From NCBI RefSeq assembly GCF_009914755.1, contig NC_060927.1: a stretch of DNA of 64,000 nucleotides, one strand, 5' to 3'. The stretch is from the human T2T-CHM13v2.0 reference genome, Homo sapiens. The position numbers and the translations under genes were made by a program. Numbering within the stretch: the stretch's first letter is position 1; the number at the start of each line of letters is the position of its first letter. The notes beneath the pieces were generated by a model, which worked only from the letters and a program-made list of their open reading frames with translations, did not search any database and was not told the origin of the DNA. Below are positions 51,779 through 64,000 of this stretch, piece after piece.

Positions 51779-51798
51779 GAGAGAGAGAGAGAGAGAGA
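51777..51798 (+). repeat. (GA)11 microsatellite overlapping the RBM5 stop codon
   Basis: Read directly from sequence. Confidence 0.95.
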
Positions 51799-52290
51799 TG
51801 ACAAGGAGCACAAGAAGTGGTCCATCTCCCGAATTCGCTGTTACCGCCTGTCTCTTTAAGGGCATGCCTTGTGCTGTTAATAGATCTTAGGGTGAACCAC
51901 TTCATTCTGCAGGGTTCTCCCTCCCACCTTAAAGAAGTTCCCCTTATGTGGGTTGCCTGGTGAATGGCCTTCCTTCCCGCCAGAGGGCTTGTGAACAGAC
52001 CGGAGAGGACAGTGGATTGTTTATACTCCAGTGTACATAGTGTAATGTAGCGTGTTTACATGTGTAGCCTATGTTGTGGTCCATCAGCCCCTCACATTCC
52101 TAGGGGTTTGAGATGCTGTAGGTGGTATGTGACACCAAAGCCACCTCTGTCATTTGTTGTGATGTCTTTTCTTGGCAAAAGCCTTGTGTATATTTGTATA
52201 TTACACATTTGTACAGAATTTTGGAAGATTTTCAGTCTAGTTGCCAAATCTGGCTCCTTTACAAAAGAAATACCTTGAGAAATGGGTGTC
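51779..52290 (+). other. RBM5: RBM5 3'UTR (end approximate)
   Basis: Repeat-free and UGUA-rich, with variant hexamer AAGAAA 52265-52270 and a GU-rich downstream tract. Confidence 0.65.
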
Positions 52291-52426
52291 CTGTGTCTCT
52301 TTATTCTTGGGTGGGTAGGTGGGTCAAGCATGTCTGAGCCAGTCAAGCCTGGTGATGAAATCAGTTTATTTCTTGCCCCCATCACCACGTTCTGATTGAT
52401 TGATTGATTGATTTTGAGGCAGGGTT

Positions 52427-53090
52427 GGCCAGGCGTGGTGGCTCACACCTGTAATCCCAACACTTTGGGAGGCCGAGGCAGGTGGATTGCCTGAGGTCAG
52501 GAGTTTGAGACCAGTCTGGCCAACATGGTGAAACCCTGTCTCTACCAAAAATACAAAAAAATTAGCCAGACGTGGTGGTGTGCACCTGTAATCCCAGCTA
52601 CTCGGGAGCCTGCAGCCTCGACCTCCCGGGCTCACGCGATTCTCCCACTTTAGTGTTCCAAGTAGCTGGGACTACAAGCACATACCACCATGCAGGCTAA
52701 TTTTTTAATTTTTTACAGAGATGGGGCCTCACTCTGTTGCCCAGGCTGGTCTTGACATGTTCGGATTTTTAAATTCAAGAGTTTAACATGTTTTAGCCGG
52801 GCGTGGTGGCTCACGCCTGTAATCCCAGCACTTTGGGAGGCCGAGGCAGGCGGATCACCTGGCGTTGGGAGTTCAAGACCACCCTGACCAACATGGAGAA
52901 ACCCGTCTCTACTAAAAATACAAAATTAGCTGGGTGTGGTTGGCCTGTAATCCCAGCTGCTCGGGAGGCTGAGGCAGGAGAATTGCTTGAACCCAGGAGG
53001 CGGAGTTTGCAGTGAGCCGGAGGTCGCGCCATTGCACTCTAGCCTGGGCAACCAGAGCAAAACTCCGTTTCAAAAAAAAAAAAAAAAAAA
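52427..53090. mobile_element. Alu chimera 52427-52760 and Alu (+)52796-53090
   Basis: Alu consensus. Confidence 0.88.
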
Positions 53091-55042
53091 GTTTAGCATG
53101 TTTTAAAACTCTTCATGGAAATCATGGTAACTTAGTAGCTTTTCTGCTAAGACCAAAGTGACCATGAGTGCTTGCACCTCTCTAGTTTCCACAGACTTTA
53201 TTCCACACATGCCGGAGTGTGGAGTTGTCACTGCTCTGCAGGGCAGATCCTCCCTGCTTTTGGCCATGATACAGGTGATACCTGGTCCACCCTCTGCTGC
53301 GATGGAGAAACTGAGGAGGTCATCTCCCCCTGGCAGCACTCCACTCACTGCATCTTCTCAGCTGCTAAGGAGGTCCTGGGGGCATTGGAGAGTTTTCTGT
53401 TTTGAATGGGTATTTCGTCCTCAGCACTCTTCCACAGGGCAGAGAACATCATTTTGACCCAGAAGACCATGCCTGACCAGGTCAGGAAGTATACCTGGAT
53501 CTCAGGCTGTTCTTGGGACCAGATGATGTGATGGGTTGCTCACATTGCCAATCTGGCCAAACTGAGTGCTTAAGCTCCACAGATTGGGCATGCAGTTAAG
53601 GTGGCCTTTTCTCTGCAGTTTACTTTTGAAGCTAGACTTGCTTTTGTGGGTGGTCACGTTTTCCTCTTTTCGGGCAGGGCGTTAAGGAATAGAAAATGCT
53701 CAGGAGGTCCTCACCCTGGCCTGTAGGGTAGTGCCTTGGAGAAGCTGAGCCTAATCACAGCTCTGGCTAGGGAGAGGTGGACGCAAATGCAGAAGCCCCA
53801 AGCCTGGGTTTCTGCAGAGTAAGGCTTGGGAACTTCACAAATGAGGGCCCAAGCGCCCAGAGCTGGGGTGGAGAGTGTGTCACAGATCTGGTCTACAGAA
53901 GTTGGATAAGAAACTGGCCTCACCTCCAGAGCCCTCACGGCATCAAGGGTGATGCTGGTGTTCCTCGCACCTGAGCAGCAGTCCTGAGTACCCTAATTAG
54001 ACCCTTTTGACATCCGGCCCGGAAAGCTCTTCCAGGTGAGCATACCCAGAATAGGATCTGGGAAGCTCTTAATTATATGTACCCAGCTCAGCAAAGGTTG
54101 GGTGGAAGCGTCTTCCCTAGGGGAGCCATGGCCAGGCATTAATAGGAGCCAGCCCTCTAGCAGCCTCAGATTGACTTCCCAGCACCCGGAAGGGCACCTC
54201 AACCTGTCCCACACTGCTGGTGCTTAGAGTTACCTGTCAAAGCTGCTCAAGGCTCTCCCATGTGTGCTGTGGACCACGGCATCTGTTGTCAACACCAGCG
54301 TGGCCTTTCCTATGAACATGAAGCTGAGGGTTCCTGTGAATGTGAGGGTCTGAGCCAGCTCCTCAGAGATGGAGGCTCCCTCCTCTGGCCTCACCTGTTA
54401 CCAGCATACCTAGCCAGGTGACTGCAGCCTTCACCCTGCATCTAAATTGATGGCCCCAGTCCTTGAGGTTTGACAGGCTGTTATCTTGGGCCCAGGTATC
54501 CTGCAAGACCATATTTGGGTGATCCTTCTGGTTTGGAAGCACTAGGATCCCAAGCATCCTCCTGACTGGCCCATCAGGGTTTACTCCAATCCCAAGCCCG
54601 GTTAAATGTGCTGTGTGCTGCCCATAGGGCCACCATTCCTCTTAGTCCTGTGTGATGTTGAGATGCTGTGAGAGTAGTGCAATCCTCTCAATCAGGGGAA
54701 CCCAAATCTTGAATTTGAACGGTGCTCTTACTGAACTAGAAGGAGCCTCCAAGGATTCCCAAGTCCAGACTGCCCTTGGCTGGGACAGCTGCTACAACGT
54801 GCAAGGCTTTGAGGGCCGTCCAGGAGCAGCTGTCATGGCTGTGCATCAAACAAGTTTCAAAGCCCAGATGAGCATCCCGGCCTGAGCTAAGCTCCCCAGG
54901 CATGCATAGTCTGGCTGGGGGTCTCAAGGGCGCCCAGATCCCAGCCACCCCGATTCCGGAGGAATGAATGCCCTCAGGGACAGGTGGGGTGTGGGGGAAG
55001 ATTGCCCACAGTCGATACTGGAGGAGGGTACTGTGTTGTTGG

Positions 55043-55061
55043 TGGCCACCAGGTGGCAGCA
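55043..55061 (+). promoter_or_regulatory. CTCF binding motif
   Basis: TGGCCACCAGGTGGCAGCA closely matches the CTCF core consensus. Confidence 0.75.
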
Positions 55062-57616
55062 TTCCATCATCTTTCCAGCCAGGCTGGTATAGGTGGTGGT
55101 AAGGAGAGGACTTCCCACCAAGTCCTGAGGTACTGGAGGTTCCCAGGGGCTCTCTCCACGTCTCTGGGACTCAAGGAGACCTGGCTAGAACTTCGGCCTT
55201 GAAACTTTCTGGAGTCAGGCAGGTGCCAAGTCTGCCTGCCTTGCAAGTTCCTGAGGGTCTCTGACCCCCAGGGACCCCCTCTGGCTAGATGGGGAAGTCG
55301 TCCCCACAGCGCCCAATGGGGCAAGAGCCAGGCTGACCCTGTGCACAGTAGGCACTTCCCTCTCAGCAATTCTTTCTGACCCAGGTAAATAATTTCTGCA
55401 GTCGATAAAGTGCATTTCTGCCTCTCACTCCCTTTCCCTACCACGTGCTTATTGACTCACAGAAGCACTGTTGCTAGAGCATCAGATTCTCAGCTTCTGT
55501 CCCTACAGCCCATGGGGAGTTGGAGCCCAGCTTGTCCAGGGCTCCCAGATGGAAGCAGGGGATGCCTGTAGTCCTTCACCCCAGTCTCCCAGAAGGTGGC
55601 AGGAGGGAGGTGGACTCATGGACTTGGGTTAAGGTCAGAACCCTATAGGGTGGGCCACACCCAGCCAGACAGAACTTTCCAGCAGAAGGTATGAGCCAGG
55701 GGCAGGGCCCTCCCATCCTGCTTAGTCCAAGCTGCACTGCCATCCCATTTAAAGAGGAAACTGAGATTCAAAGCTGTTGCTGGACTGGGCTGCTGCTGGC
55801 AACTGCTGCCCCATCACCACTCCAGTGCAGTAGAATTGGGTCTCACCTGCAGGTACAAGGTTGAGGTCCAGCCCTGGAGTGAGCTGGGTCTTGGGATGCC
55901 TCCCAGTGCCCTGAGGAAAGAGGAGAAAGACAGGGAGAGGCAGGTGAAGACAACCAGAGGCAAAGTGAGGCCTAGAGGATGCTGGAAAGAGAAGCTGGAG
56001 GAGTCTGCAGCAGCCACAAGGGGACGGAGGAGGCTGAGGGGGCAAGATAACGTGGGATGGGGCCGCCAGGTCTAGAGGAGTTGGTTCTGCGCTACCCACG
56101 GGTGCTGAGATAGGCCTCTGATCTTGGGGTGAATTCTGCACACCAATGGGGGAGGCCGAGGCAGGTGGCCAAGAGAGGAGGGGCTAGGGTGCCTGCTCGC
56201 GTCCTCTGCTGCTTTTATGTGCAACGGAGGCTCCAGGAGCCCCTGGCTCTCAGCTCTGGGCGGGCATCACCATCCTGAGTCTGGCTGGACAGGAGCTATT
56301 TGAGAATGATTCATGGATGTAATTAAGCCTCCCCCCACCATCCCCTAGTGTGGGCCTGGAACAGGGTCAGGTGCAGGTGTGGGAGCCCTGCCCAGCCTGT
56401 CCTGCAGGGTTGGGTTCAGCCTAGGGCCCCCTGGCCCAGCACAGCCTACCACCACCTAAGGGCGCCTAGCCTCAATCTGTAAGACCTGGAGCAAGACAGG
56501 GCTGAGCCCAAATCCTGAGAGGCACCAGAGCTGGGGCTTCTTCTCCTTCCTCTTACTCCCCAACTCCTGGGCTGAGGAGCCATCCTCTGCACTCATAAGC
56601 ATGCCATGTGTACGCACCCACACGCAATGCAGGCCAGCCCTCAGGCATCCGGCTGCAGCAGGCAACATGCATGCTTCCCCATCACCCTTGACATTTGAGG
56701 TGGCATTACATCCAGATCCTGCAGACCCCCTCCCTGGTTGGTGTGTGAAGCATGCACACTTGTGCATAACCCCACCCAGCCACTGGCATATAGAAGAGCA
56801 CACACAAGCCAGACACATTAATGAGCAAGTGTGCAAGTGAACCTGGCTCCTGAGGGGGCAGGAATCAGATGTTCTTGCTACCCCTGAGGAAGGAAACCTG
56901 GTCTGGCAGCCTTCTGTGAAGGGAGAGGGAGCCCCCAGGGTCACAGCGTGGCAGAGCACAAGCCGCCACCCAGCAGGCACACCCTTGTGCACACAATGTC
57001 ATTCTGAGGCTTTCCCCTTTTCAGGTGGGTGGATCTTGGGGGTGTCCACCCAGAACAGGCTTCTGAGCTCACTGAACAGGTCCAAGTCTGCCAGCCATGG
57101 CTCAGCTCACTGGCAGAGCTGGAGAGGGGAAGGGAAGACTGAGGAAGGGGCATCATGGTCTCTAAGACTGGCTCAAGGTTCATTACCTTCCCTTCTAACA
57201 CCTGCAGCCATACCTGCAGTGAGGACAGGAAGGAGAGGGAGCAGCCTCTCCTGTTTCCCTGACAGACTGGGAAGCTGAGGTCCACACCCATCTCATCCAA
57301 ACCCAGGGCCCCAGTCCCCGATCCAGTCATTTCCATGTGCTGGCATCCTATTAGCTCTGCCATCCCCTCCGCCTGGAAGGCCCTAGGACCTGGGCCTGCC
57401 ACCCTGCTCAGGTTAGGAGTGTCCAGAAGCAGCTGGGCTCTGCCTCCTCCCTCCACCGTGAATCCCTGAAGACTGGATGGATCTACCTTCCCCCAAGCAC
57501 ATCGGCGGCACCGGCTTGGCTGGGCCTCTCCTCTTATGGCCGGGAGCCCCAGCCCCTTAGCCTCTACCAGACAAACTGAGCAGCACACGTGCCCGAGCCG
57601 CCCCCAACCCCGCCCT

Positions 57617-57652
57617 GGCCCCGGCCCAGGCCCCGGCCCCGGCCCCGGCCCC
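57617..57652. repeat. (GGCCCC)6 hexamer repeat with one GGCCCA interruption
   Basis: Read directly from sequence. Confidence 0.95.
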
Positions 57653-60600
57653 ACCCCCACCCTGCAGATTTTTCTGGTTCTTATTAATGTAAATGAAATG
57701 AAATCTGCTCAGAGTGTCCTTAATGGAAAGTGTTCCTGGAATTTGTGCACACGTGGTGGGGGGGGGGACACCCTGAGATTAACTCTTGTGCAGCCAGACC
57801 CAGACTAGTCAGGCTGTGGTGACTGGGGCTGGGGTGGGGATTGGTGGGGACCAGGACATTCACTCATCCCCTCCCAGAACTGTGTCCTGACAACATCAAG
57901 GATGGCACAGGCTCATCCATATTCTACCCTCTGCCCTGGGACCAGCTGGACAGGTCCGGAAGTGCCTCAGAGCCTCAGGGGAAGGAGATCTTGACAGGAA
58001 ACAGGGAGTCCTGGAAGGCCTTGATCAAGGAGGAGGCTGGCCAAAGACAGGGGCATAGGGCTGGAGGGGAGAGTTGACAGACTATGCATCTTGTCCTCAT
58101 CTGGCTCTACCCTGATTTTGAAGGGGGACCCAGGCAGACCCTGCCTCTCTGGACCACCCTACACAGAGAAGGCCCAGCCTCTGAGATCCCCTCCCCCAGC
58201 CCCTGCCCACCGCACTCCTGAAACAGATCTGCCAGGATGCTCATCTTCATGACTATGGGACAAGAAGGGGGAGTTTGAGACCCCGGAGTGGATGCCCAGG
58301 GCCGCTGGCTGCAGGGGATGGGGATGGAAGAGACTGGACCGAGCTGCTGCGTGCCCACCCCCCGTCCTGCCGCTGTGTCCTCCCCACATCTGGATGCTTG
58401 TTCTGGCACAGCCCCCAGCCTGGCCCAGCGGAGCCGCAGCCGCATTCTGCTGCCTCGTGGCCAGGACAGGGATGTCTGCTTCATTGGCGGGGGTAGGGAA
58501 GAGTCTAAGATTTCAATTTCTCCCAGGTGTGGCTCAGTCTGGAGGGTGCCTTGGGGAGGCTGGCTCAGAGGCCGGCACCTGGGGCGGGGGGTGTGCAGAG
58601 GGGGGGAGGGGGCCACCAAGGGGGTCTCAGGGAGGAAAAAGGGCTCAGAGTGGGAGGTCCGTGGAAGGAGACAGGGGCTCTGTGAGGGGCAGGGGACTCA
58701 GGGAGGGGGGTTAGAGAAACAGGGGGCTTAGGGGGCAGGAGCTCCAGGAGGAGGGCTGGAGGGGCAGGAGGTTTGGGGGGTTGGGAGCTGAGGGCTCAAG
58801 AAGAGGATTGAGGAACACGGGGCTTTGGGAAGGGGGTTGAGGGGGCAAGGGGTTTGTGGGGGTTGGAAGCAGGGGCTTGGGGAGGAAGGTTGGAGGGAGA
58901 AGGGACTCAGAATGCGACTGACTTCACTGGGGGACAATGGGCTGCCAATCCTTCCACCCATACCGGTCAGGTGGCTGGGGGAGGGGCGCTGACCCACTTA
59001 GCTGCCTCTCCCCCAGGCTTCCACTAATGAGCGCTCTGGGCTTTGGGAGGCAGCCTTCCCCCCCCAGGCTGTGCCTCAGGCCATCCCTTCCCCCACAGCC
59101 CCTCATTATCTACTGGGGGTGTTCATTAGCTCAGGCATCCCCCCTTATCTACAGCTGCGCTTGCCTGTGGCAGTGAGGAGGAGGCCCTAGGCCCCAAAAT
59201 GCACCCTCTTTGCCCCTAGTTCCACTACGCCCCCAGGACTGGGGAAACAAAGGCTACCAGATTGCTGTTGTGCAGCTCAGCTCTGAGCAGAGCTTTGATT
59301 CCACCTGTGGGTCCCCCAGCATGCCAATGAGGGGGGTGCTGTGGCGAAGCTCACAGGAGAGCTAGAACCCAGGTGCTGGCAGACTTCCCATGGGAAGTCT
59401 GCTCTGCTCACCCCAGGGGCTTCCAGTACCTGTGATCAGGAGTCCCATTCGGCAAGGAAAGGGGCTCACAGAGGGTGAAGTCCTGGATGTGTGGGGAGCA
59501 CAACTCTGAGGGATGCAGAGTAGGGGGCAGCACAGTTCTGGGGAGGAAGGTGTGGGGTCAGAAGGGATGGTGGGAAGAGGGGAGAGGGCCCTATGGGGCA
59601 TGGCTTCTCATGGACACAGCTCTGCAGGAACAGACAGCGCATCTGCAGGAGCGCAGCTCTGGGAGGGCGATGTAGGGGGAGCACAGAGTGCGGGCACCAT
59701 CTGGGGGAAGGATGAGGGTGGGGAGCACGGCTCTCGAGGATGTCCTATGGGAGGACAGTCCAGGGAGAAGCCCGCCTGTCTCCCACAGCCTTGGCCTCTT
59801 CGGACTCCTCCCCCACATTCCTGGAGTGCATGGGGAGGTTGGCTTGCTGGATTATGCCCAAGTCCCTGAGGCTCCCTCTGATTCTGTCCCGCTGTCCATC
59901 TGTCCTCCCTCCCCAAGGAGCCCAAGGCCCAGGTGGCACTCTCCCCTCACAGTCCCCTCATTAGGGATGGGCTTTGAGATCCTTCGGCAGCATCTGCCCC
60001 CACCCCCACCCCCATCACCAAGCCAGCTGCAGGCCTGGCCCCTGGAGCCTGATAAATATTTATGATGAGATAAGCATGATAGGCCAGAGCCCAGCCCAAA
60101 CCTTTGTCCTGGGAGCAGAAGACTGAGGCAGGACTTGAGCTTCCAGAGGCGGGCTGAGTCTCAGGGCTGGGGTAGGGGGAGGCCTGACTGTGTAGGTCTC
60201 CTGGGCTCTACCTGGGAGGGGGTCGGGATGGGACAGGGCTCAGGAGCCGGGGATCCTGAAGGGGCTGCCTCCAAGGTGCCACCCTGGCCAAGGCGGCTCC
60301 CCCCTACCCCTTGCCCAGCCTGTTTCGATGCTGCCTGTCTGCACTGCACGGCTGGGTCTGTTGGGACAAGGCCAGCTGGCCTTCTGTACTTGCTGCCACC
60401 CTGGCTTCTGACTTTCTCCAGGTCTTGGTGACTTCAGGAAGCTCCCAAACCAAGACTACCCTGACCATTGGGTCTGGAGCCAGGCTGGCAGGAGGGCCAC
60501 CTTGGTACCCCTCTGAGGTACTGAGGTACTCCAGCCTCCTTGCTATAGGCCCCAGGGCTCTCCTGTCCCCAACCTAGGACAGGTTCCCATGGGCCGGCCC

Positions 60601-61046
60601 ACCTTCCCCTCCATTTATCCCCTAAATATCTCCCCCTCTAGGTGCCAGAACCAACAACAGGAGGGTCTGGGCACTCCATGAGCAGGAGGCCGAGTGCTGC
60701 TGCAGGGAGGGTGACACTGTCCTCAGCGGGCCTGAGCATTAGTAGGCTCTGTACCCCAGTGCTGGCCACATCCTGGACCTTCATGAGGTTCGCTCCCAAG
60801 CCAGGGCAGGGTCACCTCTTAATACACACACACACAGCCAGCTCTGTCACGTGGGGAAAAAGAGAGACCAGAGGAAGAAAGCAGCCAGTGTGGGGTAAAC
60901 AGGCATCGGGGGAAGGATACATGTATGTCTCCCAGGCTCTCGGCCAGTGGAATGTGGGTAAACATTGGTGCTCTCAAGACATAATATTGTCCTTGGGTCG
61001 TGGATGTATACATGGCATCTAGAACATGATGAAATATGATACACTA

Positions 61047-62487
<1,441 letters not shown>

Positions 62488-62612
62488 CACGTGGGCACTC
62501 TCCATCTCCTTAAGGTCTCTGTGTGTGTGTGTGCCCATGCATGTGAGCAAGAGGAGTAGTCTGGGTACACCAAGCCCTCACTCCCTCCTGGGATCAGGAC
62601 CACCCCCTACCT

Positions 62613-63682
<1,070 letters not shown>

Positions 63683-64000
63683 TAAATCCAGCCTTAGTGG
63701 TTCCCTTTCCAGCTGCCATTCCAAGGGCCTTAGCACTGCCAGGATGGTTTTCATGCCATGGGCAGTCAGGACCCTGGAATTTGTTAACCTGGGTTGACCT
63801 AGTCTCATGGGGAGGCAGGATCTTGAAAGGGCAAACCTGGGCCAATCTCCCTCTCCCAGAGCTGGGCCTAGCAGCTTGGGCGGGTGTAAGCCCCTTCTGG
63901 TCTCAGTCTTCCTGCCTGTGATGAGGTAGTTGGACTGCGAGAGCCCCTATCCAAGGTACTGCCTTGACCTTGGACAGAGGGAGCCCAGGCAGGAATGTCT

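Noticed and set aside
56941-57660. 239-aa minus-strand ORF starting with poly-GP
   Set aside because: Non-ATG start, driven by the hexamer repeat and GC-rich composition; no domain or exon support

Overview
Human genomic DNA from the 3p21.3 RBM6-RBM5 tandem locus, identified by hand-splicing exons; none of the supplied ORFs is a complete gene. 1-10.4 kb holds the last four coding exons of RBM6 and its short 3'UTR. 10.4-22 kb is a repeat-dense spacer with stacked Alus, an L1 3' fragment, an LTR47-like solo LTR and a full-length SVA with a 17-bp target-site duplication (TSD). 22.1-52.3 kb is the complete RBM5 gene: CpG-island promoter, 25 exons, all GT-AG, with coding exons summing to 2448 nt = 815 aa + stop (RRM1, RanBP2-type ZnF, RRM2, OCRE, C2H2 ZnF, G-patch). 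53-61 kb is Alu-free and GC-rich, with a near-consensus CTCF site, GATA/STAT motif clusters and a (GGCCCC)6 tract; from locus knowledge it lies upstream of SEMA3F. The best candidate for an undescribed system is the repeat-free RBM5 intron 5/6 cassette. It contains a dual AG|GTAAGT splice site held in the loop of a long predicted RNA stem, weak flanking splice sites, a 15/16 mimic of the U1 snRNA 5' end, and intronic poly(A) signals. The motifs are visible in the sequence, but their function is inference.
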